From positions 114,678 through 138,677 of the forward strand of contig VBCK01000116.1 of assembly GCA_005882215.1 (NCBI GenBank): 24,000 nucleotides of DNA. Reading direction: 5' to 3'. The notes under the pieces were generated by a model. That model had not been told where the DNA came from and ran no database searches. It was given only the letters and a program-made list of their open reading frames with translations. A program made the position numbers and the translations under genes. Below, piece by piece: positions 1 through 9,254 of this stretch (positions within the stretch are counted from its first letter, which is position 1; the number at the start of each line of letters is the position of its first letter). The DNA is from Betaproteobacteria bacterium (lineage in GTDB: Bacteria; Pseudomonadota; Gammaproteobacteria; Burkholderiales; Burkholderiaceae_F).

Positions 1-131
1 CCACCTAACTTGCGCCGCGTTGAGCGAATAGAATCGCGTCGCGGCAGCCCGTGCCGCGATGCGCGCATTCACAGGCCCCGTCGCAGGTATTTTTCGTACT
101 ATTTGCACCGATCGGGATTTACGGGATCACC

Positions 132-893
132 ATGCGCGCCGTCATTCTGGCAGCGGGCTGCGGCTCACGTCTTCAGCAGGCGCAGGATCGGCAATTGCCC
201 AAGTGTCTGTTGCGATTTGGTGGCCCGACCCTGCTCCAGCGGCATCTGCACTTGCTGAAGAGGGTGGGCGTCGATGAGATCGTGCTGGCGCTCGGCTTTC
301 GACACGAACTCGTCAGGGCCGAGCTCGACCGCCTGGTCTGGCGACCGAGGCCCGAAATTATGCTGAACGATCGCTATGAGCTCGGAAGTGTGCTGACGGT
401 CCATACCGTCGCAGAAGCCATGACGCGCGGCGGTGATATCTTGCTCATGGACGCGGATGTGTTATATGACGAGCGCATCCTGACCGCCCTGGTTGCGGGC
501 CGAGGGCCGGTTAACCGCCTGTTGATCGATCGCGATTTCGAGGCCGGTGACGAGCCCGTCAAAGTGTGCATGCGGGATGGCCTACCGATCGAAATGCGCA
601 AGCAAATTCCGCCCGAGCTGAAATATGACTTCATCGGCGAGTCGGTCGGGTTCTTTCGCTTCGATGAGGCCGGCGCGCGCCGGCTTGCGGTCCTGGCGGC
701 AGCTTATGTTGAAGGCGCGCGCACCTTTGCGCCGCACGAGGAAGCTCTGCGCGATCTGCTGCTGGAGCGCAGCCAGATCTTCGACGTCGCCGACGTCACA
801 GGAGCACCGTGGATCGAGATCGATTTTCCGGATGATGTAGCACGGGCGTCGCTTGACGTGCTGCCGCAACTTCAGCCGCTCCCACCAGCATGA
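132..893 (+). CDS. Stand-alone nucleotidyltransferase (LicC/PntC-like phospho-alcohol/phosphonate cytidylyltransferase family)
   Basis: ORF 51..893 is trimmed to the ATG at 132, so the protein starts [14 protein letters not shown]. That glycine-rich NTP-binding loop sits at the extreme N-terminus in this fold. The DADVLYD and IEIDFPDD segments are typical of the family. The stop overlaps the next start (ATGA at 890-893). The substrate cannot be read from sequence. Confidence 0.8.
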   Translation: MRAVILAAGCGSRLQQAQDRQLPKCLLRFGGPTLLQRHLHLLKRVGVDEIVLALGFRHELVRAELDRLVWRPRPEIMLNDRYELGSVLTVHTVAEAMTRGGDILLMDADVLYDERILTALVAGRGPVNRLLIDRDFEAGDEPVKVCMRDGLPIEMRKQIPPELKYDFIGESVGFFRFDEAGARRLAVLAAAYVEGARTFAPHEEALRDLLLERSQIFDVADVTGAPWIEIDFPDDVARASLDVLPQLQPLPPA

Positions 894-2668
894 AAATGAA
901 CGTGTCCGGTATTACCGGTGCCTCTGCGTGTGACAGGGCCGCCAGCGAGCAGGTCAACGCGACCCGCAGCGGAAGACTGCGCCAAATGCTTCGGAGCGAG
1001 CGGCTTGAGTTTCTTATGGAAGCGCACAATGGCTTGTCCGCGCGGATCGCCTGCGAGGCGGGATTTGACGGGATCTGGGCTTCCGGACTTGCAATCTCGG
1101 CTCAATTCGGTGTGCGCGACAACAACGAGGCGAGCTGGACGCAGGTCGTGGACATGCTGGAGTTCATGGCCGATGCCAGCGATCTGCCGATCCTGCTCGA
1201 CGGCGATACGGGCTACGGCAATTTCAACAACATGCGGCGCCTGGTGCGCAAGCTCGAACAGCGCGGGATTGCGGGCGTCTGCATTGAGGACAAGCAGTTT
1301 CCCAAAGCCAACAGTTTCTTGAACGGGGAACGCCAGCCGCTGGCCGATATTGGGGAGTTCTGCGGCAAGATAGCCGCCGGCAAGGACACCCAGATCGACC
1401 CGAACTTTTCGGTCGTCGCGCGAGTCGAAGCGCTGATCGCCGGTTGGAGCATGGATGAGGCACTGCGGCGAGCCGAAGCGTACCGACTGGCGGGTGCGGA
1501 CGCCATCCTGATCCACAGCAAACTTTCGAAGCCGGACGAAATCCTGACTTTTGCTCGGGAATGGGCGCGCCGCGCGCCGCTGGTGATCGTTCCGACGCGT
1601 TACTACAGCACACCGACCGACGTGTTTCGCGAAGCCGGAATCAGCGTCGTGATCTGGGCAAATCACCTGGTGCGCGCAGCCGCCGCCGCCATGCAGAGCG
1701 TGGCGAAGGAGATTTGCCAAAGCCAGACACTGGTGAACGTCGAGGATCGAATTGCATCGGTGGAAGAGATCTTCCGTCTGCAGAATGCCGAGGAGTATGC
1801 CGCTGCCGAACGTCTGTACCTGTCCGCCCGCTGCGCCACTCGGTCCGCGGTGGTCCTGGCCGCAAGTCGGGGCCAGGGACTCGAGTCGCTCACCACCGAT
1901 CGTCCGAAAGTCATGCTGCCTATCGCCGGAAGGCCATTGTTGCGCTGGCTGGTCGACAGCTTCAAGAAAGAGAACATTCACGACATCACGGTGGTCGGCG
2001 GTTATTGCGCCGGTGCGATCGATACGACCGGGATCAGGCTGGTCGTGAATGAGCGCTACGCCTGCACCGGGGAACTCGCATCATTGGCGTGTGCGCTCGA
2101 TGCGCTCGAATCGGAAACCGTGATCTCCTACGGCGACCTTCTGTATCGCAGTTACGTACTGCGCAATTTGGTCGATAGCCAGGCCGATTTCGCCGTGATC
2201 GTGGACTCGTCCCCTACCGGCGTCAGCAATCACACGGTGCGCGATTTCGCCTGTTGCTCCCGCAACGACGACCGCGGCTTGTTCGGAACGCCGGTACTTC
2301 TGCAACGCATCACCAGCGCGCCACCCGCGAAGCGCGAAGCATTCGAGGCGGCCGCGGAGCAGGACCCGCTCCAAGGCCGGTGGATCGGCCTGCTGAAAGT
2401 GAGCGATCGGGGACTGACTAAGCTTAAGAGCGTGTTGGCCGCGATGCAGGCGCGGGCGGACTTTGACGCGCTCGACGTGCCGGCACTACTGAACGCACTG
2501 GTGGCAGACGGCGCGGCGATCGAGGTCTTGTATGTGCATGGCCATTGGCGTGGCGTCAACGATCTCGAAGAATTTCATCGCGCCGTGGATTTTGCGCACG
2601 AGCAAATGCCGTTCGGACTCTCGGCGGACACTGCGTCGCCGGACGCAGGCAATGATTCAAGCGCATGA
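890..2668 (+). CDS. pepM: Phosphoenolpyruvate phosphomutase fused to a C-terminal nucleotidyltransferase domain
   Basis: The N-terminal ~295 aa match the PEP mutase/isocitrate lyase fold ([31 protein letters not shown]). They carry the PepM-diagnostic EDKxxxxxNS motif ([10 protein letters not shown], nt 1286-1315). The C-terminal ~290 aa begin [32 protein letters not shown], a nucleotidyltransferase signature. The ATG at 890 overlaps the upstream stop. Confidence 0.93.
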   Translation: MKMNVSGITGASACDRAASEQVNATRSGRLRQMLRSERLEFLMEAHNGLSARIACEAGFDGIWASGLAISAQFGVRDNNEASWTQVVDMLEFMADASDLPILLDGDTGYGNFNNMRRLVRKLEQRGIAGVCIEDKQFPKANSFLNGERQPLADIGEFCGKIAAGKDTQIDPNFSVVARVEALIAGWSMDEALRRAEAYRLAGADAILIHSKLSKPDEILTFAREWARRAPLVIVPTRYYSTPTDVFREAGISVVIWANHLVRAAAAAMQSVAKEICQSQTLVNVEDRIASVEEIFRLQNAEEYAAAERLYLSARCATRSAVVLAASRGQGLESLTTDRPKVMLPIAGRPLLRWLVDSFKKENIHDITVVGGYCAGAIDTTGIRLVVNERYACTGELASLACALDALESETVISYGDLLYRSYVLRNLVDSQADFAVIVDSSPTGVSNHTVRDFACCSRNDDRGLFGTPVLLQRITSAPPAKREAFEAAAEQDPLQGRWIGLLKVSDRGLTKLKSVLAAMQARADFDALDVPALLNALVADGAAIEVLYVHGHWRGVNDLEEFHRAVDFAHEQMPFGLSADTASPDAGNDSSA

Positions 2669-3845
2669 CTTCGTCGAGGCGGCGCGGCGGCGGCGCTTCG
2701 ACTGGTACGCCGGTGTTCCATGCTCATACCTGTCGCCATTCATCAACTATGCGCTGCAGGACCCGTCGCTGCGCTATTTGTCCATGGCCAATGAAGGCGA
2801 TGCGGTTGCGTTGATCGCGGGAGTTGCACTCGCGGGCGCCGGCGGCTTGCCCTTTGGGCGCGGCATCTCGATGATGCAGAACTCCGGGCTCGGCAATGCC
2901 GTCAGCCCGCTGACCTCCCTGACTTGGACCTTCCGCCTTCCCCAGCTGCTGATCGTTACCTGGCGTGGTCAGCCGGGTGTTCCTGACGAGCCCCAGCATT
3001 CCCTGATGGGTGCAATTACTCCGGCCATCCTTCGGGCCATGGAGATTCCTTGGGAATTGTTTCCGAGCGAAGTCGATGCGATCGGGCCGGCGCTGGATCG
3101 CGCCACGGCGCATATGGATGACAGTGGCCTGCCGTACGCTCTCCTGATGCAGAAGGGCACCGTCACCCCGTATCCGGTCAAGCCCGGGGCTTTCGCCGCC
3201 CCGGTGCGGCGGTCGGCAGCGCCAGCGGCTGTACTCATGCCTCACCGCGTTGCGCCGGAGGCGAGGCCGTCAAGACATGATGCCTTGCGCGTGGTCGTGG
3301 ACCGTTCGCCCGTCGCGACGAGCGTCGTGTTGGCGTCGACTGGATTTTGCGGGCGCGAACTGTATTCCGTCAACGATCGTCCAAATCACCTCTACATGGT
3401 CGGCTCTATGGGCTGCGTCGTGCCGTTGGCGCTCGGATTGGCTCTGGCTCGCCCGGATCTGCGGGTGATTGCACTGGATGGCGACGGTGCAGCATTGATG
3501 CGGATGGGGGCGTTCGGCAGCGTAGGCGCGTATGGCCCACCGAATCTGCTGCATCTGTTATTGGACAACGGAGTGCACGAATCGACCGGCGGCCAGGCAA
3601 CGGTGTCTCCCCTCGTTTCGTTTGCCGAAGTGGCTGCGGCCTGCGGCTATGCCTCGGCGCTCGAAACGGATGATCTGGCGCAAGTGGCTGCATGGCTGGA
3701 TGCTCCGCCGCTCGATGGATCAAGGTTCGCCCGCTTGCTGACGCGCGCGGCTCGGTCTGACGACCTGCCGCGTCCGTCCATAAGACCCGTCGAGGTCAAG
3801 ACGCGCTTGATGCAACACTTCGCCCCTGCCGCCGGCATCCGGTGA
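2652..3845 (+). CDS. ppd: Phosphonopyruvate decarboxylase (ThDP-dependent)
   Basis: ORF 2532..3845 is trimmed to the ATG at 2652 ([27 protein letters not shown]), which matches the family N-terminus. A ThDP-binding motif is present (GDGAALM...[14 protein letters not shown]). The start overlaps the pepM 3' end by 17 nt. The gene sits directly after pepM, as in characterised AEP clusters. Confidence 0.9.
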   Translation: MIQAHDFVEAARRRRFDWYAGVPCSYLSPFINYALQDPSLRYLSMANEGDAVALIAGVALAGAGGLPFGRGISMMQNSGLGNAVSPLTSLTWTFRLPQLLIVTWRGQPGVPDEPQHSLMGAITPAILRAMEIPWELFPSEVDAIGPALDRATAHMDDSGLPYALLMQKGTVTPYPVKPGAFAAPVRRSAAPAAVLMPHRVAPEARPSRHDALRVVVDRSPVATSVVLASTGFCGRELYSVNDRPNHLYMVGSMGCVVPLALGLALARPDLRVIALDGDGAALMRMGAFGSVGAYGPPNLLHLLLDNGVHESTGGQATVSPLVSFAEVAAACGYASALETDDLAQVAAWLDAPPLDGSRFARLLTRAARSDDLPRPSIRPVEVKTRLMQHFAPAAGIR

Positions 3846-4921
3846 TGCTCCTGCTCAATCCCGGGCCCGTCACGCTGACGGAACGTGTGCGCCGAAGTCT
3901 GACGCAACCGGATTTGTGTCATCGCGAAGGCGAGTTTTTTGACTTGCAGGATGAAGCCCGCGAGCGGCTTTTGGCGACTTATGCGCTTGACCCGGTCGAA
4001 TGGAGTGCCGTGTTGATGACGGCGTCCGGTACCGGAGCGGTTGAAAGCATGCTGGCGGCCCTGGTGCCTGAGTCGGGTCGTTTGCTGGTTGTCGAAAACG
4101 GCGTGTATGGCGAGCGGATCGCTGAAATTTGTGCGCAGTACCGGCTTGCGTACGCTCGAACGGCTGGCCCCTGGATGAAGCCGCTCGACCTCGATGCAAT
4201 CCGCTCGTACCTCGATGTGCCGAGCGGGAAGGCACGATTCACGCACATGGCCGTCGTGCACCATGAGACCACGACGGGAAGGCTCAATGACCTGAGGCCG
4301 CTGGGCCAGCTGTGCCGGGCGCACGGAATGAACTTGCTCGTGGACGGCGTCAGCAGTTTCGGCGCTGAAGCGCTCGATTTTACCGACAGCAGCCTGTTGG
4401 CAGTGGCGGCCACTGCGAACAAATGTTTGCATGGAGTGCCAGGCGCCTCGTTTGTCATCGTCCGGCGCAGTGCCCTTGCTCAGGCAACCCGGCGCACCTA
4501 TTACCTCGATCTTGGCCGCCTCTCGCGTCTGCAAGATCAGCGCGATACGCCATTCACGCCGGCAGTGCACGCATATTATGGTTTAGTCGAGGCCTTGCGC
4601 GAGTTCGCAGAGCAAGGTGGCCGCCTCGCGCGCTATCGACATTATGCGGCGCTGGCCGAGCAGGTACGCTCAGGGCTTGCAGCGTTAGGAGTCGAATCGG
4701 CACTCCCCGCTGGGCAGTGGTCGGTCGTTTTGCGCGCGTATCGCTTACCGCCCGGCCTCAGCTATGCCACGCTGCATGATGGCTTGAAGGCCGAAGGCTT
4801 CGTGATTTACGCGGGCCAGGGGGATTTGTCGCAGACATTGTTTCGTATCTCGACGATGGGCAATCTGACCTCGGCCGACATGGACCGGTTCCTGAAGTGC
4901 TTTAGCCGGCTGCTGCGGTGA
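3842..4921 (+). CDS. phnW: 2-aminoethylphosphonate:pyruvate aminotransferase (class V PLP aminotransferase)
   Basis: The N-terminus LLLNPGPVTLTERVRRSL and the PLP-lysine context ATANKCLHGVPG are typical of PhnW/AEP transaminases. The start is GTG 3842 or ATG 3845, and both overlap the ppd stop (GTGATG). It is the third step of the pepM-ppd-transaminase trio. Confidence 0.88.
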   Translation: MMLLLNPGPVTLTERVRRSLTQPDLCHREGEFFDLQDEARERLLATYALDPVEWSAVLMTASGTGAVESMLAALVPESGRLLVVENGVYGERIAEICAQYRLAYARTAGPWMKPLDLDAIRSYLDVPSGKARFTHMAVVHHETTTGRLNDLRPLGQLCRAHGMNLLVDGVSSFGAEALDFTDSSLLAVAATANKCLHGVPGASFVIVRRSALAQATRRTYYLDLGRLSRLQDQRDTPFTPAVHAYYGLVEALREFAEQGGRLARYRHYAALAEQVRSGLAALGVESALPAGQWSVVLRAYRLPPGLSYATLHDGLKAEGFVIYAGQGDLSQTLFRISTMGNLTSADMDRFLKCFSRLLR

Positions 4922-4988
4922 CGCGAGCCGTTCGCAACGGTGTCATCCGCTGCGGTCGGCGCGCACCATCACCGGAAGTGGCTGAGCG

Positions 4989-6332
4989 ATGCCCCGTGAT
5001 CTGACGCCTCGAGCCAAATGCCGCAGCGCGGCCGCTTTTTCGTTCGATCTATTCCGGGCTTATCTGGCCACGCTGGTGATGGCGGCCCCCTGCTGGTCGG
5101 AGCCCACGGGACCCGCCGCGGATGTGCACGGACCGGAGGCAAGCGGTGCGCAGCCTTCTGCGCCTTCCGCCGGCTTCTGGAAGTGGTTCGATCCGGAAAC
5201 CGCGCCGTTCCTTCCTGTTCCCGAGATCGCGACCAATCCAAACGGCGGCACGACGATTGGCATTCTTCCGGTCTGGCTGCGCACCGATGAACATCACGTC
5301 ATCCGTCGAATCATCGCGCCGGATTTTCTGCACAGTCCCTATTTCGGGTTTGGCTTCCATGCGCGCATGTATTCCTACCCCTCCCAGGACGAGCAGTGGT
5401 CCCTGCTGGCAGGGGCTAAGCAGCGAGTCGAACGCGAGTTCGACGCCGAGTACCAGAGCGGACGCTCGCGCAAGGAACGCTGGTCCTTTGCCGGCAGCCT
5501 GATTTACGACCGAGACGGGACGCCTCGCTTCTATGGAATCGGCAATGAATCGCCTCAAAGCGAGCAAACGAGCTTCACCGAGGAACAGAGCCTGGTGCAG
5601 GCGCAGATTGGTCTGAACCTCAGCAACGCCTGGCAGCTGCTTTACACGGGACGCGTGCGCATCGTCGATGTGCTACCGGGCACACTGCCGGGCATCCCTT
5701 CGCTCGAGAGTCGATTCGGAAGCATTGAGCTGGGCACCAGCCACGAAGCGCTCAATCGCCTGTCCATCGTCTATGACACCCGGAATGACTTGACGGTACC
5801 CAATCGAGGGACAAAATGGATTGCCTATGGGGGCGTTGCCAGTCGAGGGGGTGTGCTCAACGATTCTCTGTACAGTGAAGCGGGCATCGACGGCCGTGCC
5901 TTCTTGCCGATTGCACGCGAAACCATCCTGGTGGCACATCTGTCTTTGCGCTATTTGCCGACCGCGATTGACCCACCCTTTTGGGCGCTCAGCAGCCTCG
6001 GCGGAGCCCGAAGCGAAACAGGAGGCGAGCAGCCGTTGCGCGGTTTTGGCGCGGGCCGGTTTTACGATCGCAATTCCTTTTCCTCCAGCGTCGAGGTGCG
6101 ACAAAGGGCGTGGGAGTTCAACGCGGTCTCCACTCATGTCGAGTTGGAAGTGGCGCCATTCGTCGATGTCGGCCGGGTATTCGCGATGGGCGCGTCGCCC
6201 GTTGCACAGCTGCACAAGGTCGGCGGCCTGGCCTTCCGCGCAATCGCACGGCCTTTTGTCGTCGGCTACGTCGATATCGGCTTTGGCAGTGAGGGCCCGG
6301 CCGTGTTCAGCGGTATCTACTACCCGTTTTGA
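4989..6332 (+). CDS. Omp85/BamA-family (bacterial surface antigen) outer-membrane beta-barrel, no POTRA domains evident
   Basis: Barrel-family segments are present: YDTRNDLTVPNRG, LGGARSETGGEQPLRGFGAGRF and VAPFVDVGRVF. The C-terminus ends ...GIYYPF, an aromatic terminal residue typical of OMPs. The hydrophobic N-terminal region is not a textbook signal peptide, so the start is uncertain. Only ~70 aa precede the barrel-like region. Confidence 0.72.
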   Translation: MPRDLTPRAKCRSAAAFSFDLFRAYLATLVMAAPCWSEPTGPAADVHGPEASGAQPSAPSAGFWKWFDPETAPFLPVPEIATNPNGGTTIGILPVWLRTDEHHVIRRIIAPDFLHSPYFGFGFHARMYSYPSQDEQWSLLAGAKQRVEREFDAEYQSGRSRKERWSFAGSLIYDRDGTPRFYGIGNESPQSEQTSFTEEQSLVQAQIGLNLSNAWQLLYTGRVRIVDVLPGTLPGIPSLESRFGSIELGTSHEALNRLSIVYDTRNDLTVPNRGTKWIAYGGVASRGGVLNDSLYSEAGIDGRAFLPIARETILVAHLSLRYLPTAIDPPFWALSSLGGARSETGGEQPLRGFGAGRFYDRNSFSSSVEVRQRAWEFNAVSTHVELEVAPFVDVGRVFAMGASPVAQLHKVGGLAFRAIARPFVVGYVDIGFGSEGPAVFSGIYYPF

Positions 6333-6490
6333 TATGGCCGTTCGTGTCAAGAGGGGATAGAGTGAAGAACAATGCCAGTAGAATTAAAAACCCACAAAAA
6401 CAACCCCCACCCGGTGGCTGCTTCTGCCCGCGGCTACGACCGGGATCCCAAAGACCACTGTCCGAGATCTGACTCGCAACGATCAGAAAC

Positions 6491-7630
6491 ATGCCTGCAT
6501 TCGTCGCCCATGCCGGTGTGGCGCTGGCCGTCATCGCCGCTGCGTATTCGACCTGCGCCGCACTGCTGCTGTTCCGCTGTCGTGAGACCTTGACGGCTTC
6601 GGGCCCCGAGCGTCCAGCCGTGTCGATCCTGAAGCCACTGTGCGGCGCCGAGCCGCGCCTGCTGGATTGTCTGCGTTCGTTCGCACGCCAGGATTACCCG
6701 CACATGCAGATCGTGTTCGGCGTGCGCGAGGCGGCCGACCCGGCCGTCGAGGTCGTCCGGCAGCTGCAGCGCGAATTTCCCGCGCTGGATGCCGCGCTGG
6801 TCGTCGATCCCGGCGTGCACGGCGAGAACCTGAAGGCGAGCAACCTGATCAACATGCTGCCGCATGCGCGTCATTCGGTCCTGGTGATCTCGGACAGCGA
6901 TGTGCGGGTCGCGCCGGGTTACCTCGAGGCGACGGTCGCGGCGCTGGCGCCGGCGCAGGTCGGCGCGGTGACCTGCCTGTACCGGGGGCGCGCCGGAACC
7001 GGGCTGTGGTCGCGGGTGGCGACGCTGTTCATCAACGACTGGTACTTCCCGGCGGTGCTGATCTCACTGGCGCTAGGCGACCGCTCGTTCGCCTCGGGCG
7101 TCACGATCGCCCTGCGCCGTCAGACGCTGGAGGCGATCGGGGGCTTGCAGGTGACAGCGGACCACGTGGCGGACGACTGGCTGATCGGCGAGCGGGTAAG
7201 GCGGCTTGGACTGAAAACCGTTCTGAGCCCGGTCGTGGTCCAGACCGAAGTGGCGGACGAGGGTTTTCGCGCTCACGCGCATCGCGAGCTGCGCTGGATG
7301 CGAACGATCCGCGCGGTGGCCCCGCTCGGCTACGCATTCATGGGCTTTTCGATCTTTCTGCCGATCGCGCTGCTTGGCGTGCTGCTCGCCTGGCCTTCTC
7401 CGTGGGCCTTGGGGCTGGGCATTTTGGCCCTCGTAAACCGGGTAGGTATTCACTGGGTGCAGCGGCGCCGCGGCGCAGCGAGACTGGGGTACGATTGGAT
7501 CCTGATCCCGCCCCGCGACGGCCTGCTGGTGGCGGTGTGGGTCGCTGGATTCCTGGGCCGGGGCATCACTTGGCGGGGCCGGCGGTATCGTGTGCGCGGC
7601 GGCGGAGCCTTGAGGCTGCTCGGCGGCTGA
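6491..7630 (+). CDS. hpnI: Hopanoid-associated family-2 glycosyltransferase HpnI (ceramide-glucosyltransferase-like)
   Basis: An N-terminal TM helix is followed by VSILKPLCGAEPRLLDCLRSFARQDYPHMQIVFGV and ISDSDV (DxD-like). C-terminal TM segments follow. It lies immediately upstream of hpnJ/K/L homologues, which supports the specific call. Confidence 0.85.
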   Translation: MPAFVAHAGVALAVIAAAYSTCAALLLFRCRETLTASGPERPAVSILKPLCGAEPRLLDCLRSFARQDYPHMQIVFGVREAADPAVEVVRQLQREFPALDAALVVDPGVHGENLKASNLINMLPHARHSVLVISDSDVRVAPGYLEATVAALAPAQVGAVTCLYRGRAGTGLWSRVATLFINDWYFPAVLISLALGDRSFASGVTIALRRQTLEAIGGLQVTADHVADDWLIGERVRRLGLKTVLSPVVVQTEVADEGFRAHAHRELRWMRTIRAVAPLGYAFMGFSIFLPIALLGVLLAWPSPWALGLGILALVNRVGIHWVQRRRGAARLGYDWILIPPRDGLLVAVWVAGFLGRGITWRGRRYRVRGGGALRLLGG

Positions 7631-7681
7631 AGAAAAACCGATGGCCGGGCCATTCTGCCGGCCGCTGCTGGACTGAATCCG

Positions 7682-9109
7682 ATGGCACTGAAGACCGTAT
7701 TTCTGCACCCCCCCTCGTTCGACGGCTTCGACGGCGGCGCCGGGGCGCGCTATCAGGCCAAACGCGAGGTGCGCTCGTTCTGGTTTCCGACCTGGCTTGC
7801 CCAGCCGGCCGCGCTGGTGCCCGACAGCGTGCTGATCGACGCGCCAACCGACGGGCTGTCACTCGAGGACGTGATGCCGCGTGTGAAGGATGCGGACCTG
7901 GTGATCATGCACACCAGCTCGCCGTCGTTCGCCAGCGATGCGAGGGTCGCCGAGCAGCTGAAGGCCGCCAATCCGCAGATGATGATCGGCCTGGTGGGCG
8001 CCAAGGTGGCGGTCGATCCGGACGGCTCGCTCGAGACCGCGCCCGCCGTGGACTTCGTGTGTCGCGAGGAGTTCGACTACACCTGCCTGGAGGTGTCCGA
8101 GGGCAAGCCGCTCGGGCAGATCGCCGGACTGTGCTATCGCGGCGCCGACGGCAAGCTGATCCATACGCCGCCGCGTGCCCCGATCGAGGACATGGACGCG
8201 CTGCCGTGGGTGACGCCGGTGTACCGGCGCGATCTGAAAGTCGAGAACTACTTCATCGGCTACCTGAAGCATCCCTACGTGTCGTTCTACACCGGCCGCG
8301 GATGCAAGTCGCGTTGCACGTTCTGCCTGTGGCCGCAGACGGTCGGCGGCCATCGCTACCGGGTGCGCAGCCCCGCCAGCGTGATCGAGGAGGTCGCCTG
8401 GATCCAGAAAAACATGCCGCAGGTGCGCGAGATCTTTTTCGACGACGACACCTTCACCGACCTGCTTCCCCGCGCCGAGGAGATCGCGCGCGGCCTGGGC
8501 AAGCTGGGCGTGACCTGGTCGTGCAACGCCAAGGCCAATGTTCCTTACGACACGCTGAAAGTGATGCGCGACAACGGACTGCGGCTGCTGTTGGTCGGCT
8601 ACGAAACCGGGTCAGACCAGATCCTTCGCAACATCAAGAAGGGAATGCGCACGGATTTTGCGCGCCGCTTCACGCGCGATTGCCGCGAGCTGGGCATCAC
8701 GATTCACGGCACTTTCATCCTGGGTCTGCCGGGCGAGACGCGCGAGACGATCGAGCAGACGATCCGCTTCGCCAAGGAGATCAATCCGCACACGATCCAG
8801 GTCTCGCTGGCCGCCCCGTATCCGGGTACCGAGCTGTACCGGGATGCGGTCGCCAACGGGTGGCTCAGCAGCCCGGATCCTTCGCAACTGGTCGATTCGT
8901 CCGGCACGCAGTTGATCCCGCTGAGCTACCCGCATCTGAAGGCCGACGAGATCTACCACGCGCTGGAGCGCTTCTACAAGAGCTTCTATTTCCGGCCCGG
9001 CAAGATCATCGAACTGGTCGCCGAGATGTCCACCAGCTGGGAGATGACGCAACGCCGCCTGCGCGAGGGGGTGGAGTTCATGCGCTTCCTGCACCGCCGC
9101 GCCGTCTGA
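7682..9109 (+). CDS. hpnJ: Hopanoid-associated B12-binding radical SAM protein HpnJ
   Basis: The N-terminus is MALKTVFLHPPSFDGFDGGAGARYQAKREVRSFWFPTWLA. The radical-SAM cluster motif is CKSRCTFC (CX3CX2C). At 475 aa the length fits the family, and the hpnI/K/L context agrees. Confidence 0.88.
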   Translation: MALKTVFLHPPSFDGFDGGAGARYQAKREVRSFWFPTWLAQPAALVPDSVLIDAPTDGLSLEDVMPRVKDADLVIMHTSSPSFASDARVAEQLKAANPQMMIGLVGAKVAVDPDGSLETAPAVDFVCREEFDYTCLEVSEGKPLGQIAGLCYRGADGKLIHTPPRAPIEDMDALPWVTPVYRRDLKVENYFIGYLKHPYVSFYTGRGCKSRCTFCLWPQTVGGHRYRVRSPASVIEEVAWIQKNMPQVREIFFDDDTFTDLLPRAEEIARGLGKLGVTWSCNAKANVPYDTLKVMRDNGLRLLLVGYETGSDQILRNIKKGMRTDFARRFTRDCRELGITIHGTFILGLPGETRETIEQTIRFAKEINPHTIQVSLAAPYPGTELYRDAVANGWLSSPDPSQLVDSSGTQLIPLSYPHLKADEIYHALERFYKSFYFRPGKIIELVAEMSTSWEMTQRRLREGVEFMRFLHRRAV

Positions 9110-9185
9110 CTCTGACTGGCGTATAAGTGCGCGGGGCTCGATCGCCCCTCGCCCGCGCAGCGGGACAGGGGGCGGAGGCGGGGTT

Positions 9186-9238
9186 GCGCGAAGCACTGCT
9201 TCGCGCCGCCGGAGCCGGCGCGCCTTGCAAGGCGCGCC
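9186..9238. repeat. Two adjacent perfect GC-rich palindromes/hairpins in the hpnJ-hpnK spacer
   Basis: 9186-9206 is GCGCGAAGCA-C-TGCTTCGCGC (10-nt arms). 9217-9238 is GGCGCGCCTTGCAAGGCGCGCC, a 22-nt perfect palindrome. I verified both by hand reverse-complementing. A weaker GGGGC-N6-GCCCC hairpin lies at 9133-9148. No T-tract follows any of them. Confidence 0.7.
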
Positions 9239-9254
9239 GTGGGCGGGGGTAAAG

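Noticed and set aside
872-1981. A 369-aa minus-strand ORF opposite pepM.
   Set aside because: It is antisense to a PEP mutase with the diagnostic EDKxxxxxNS motif, and its translation has no recognisable fold signature.
6333-6490. An A/C-rich, lower-GC patch (…GTAGAATTAAAAACCCACAAAAACAACCCCC…) upstream of hpnI, and the 73-aa ORF at 6372..6593. TAGAAT hexamers occur here (6379-6384) and upstream of the first gene (29-34).
   Set aside because: This is probably just promoter or UTR DNA for hpnI. I found no acceptable -35 element at proper spacing for either TAGAAT, so I do not report them as promoters. The 73-aa ORF runs into hpnI out of frame and has no protein-like features.
6640-9126. An 828-aa ORF on the + strand spanning hpnI and hpnJ.
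   Set aside because: The translation is extreme Arg/Ala/Gly/Pro low-complexity sequence with no recognisable motif. It lies out of frame over two well-supported genes. This is a typical stop-poor alternative frame in GC-rich DNA.
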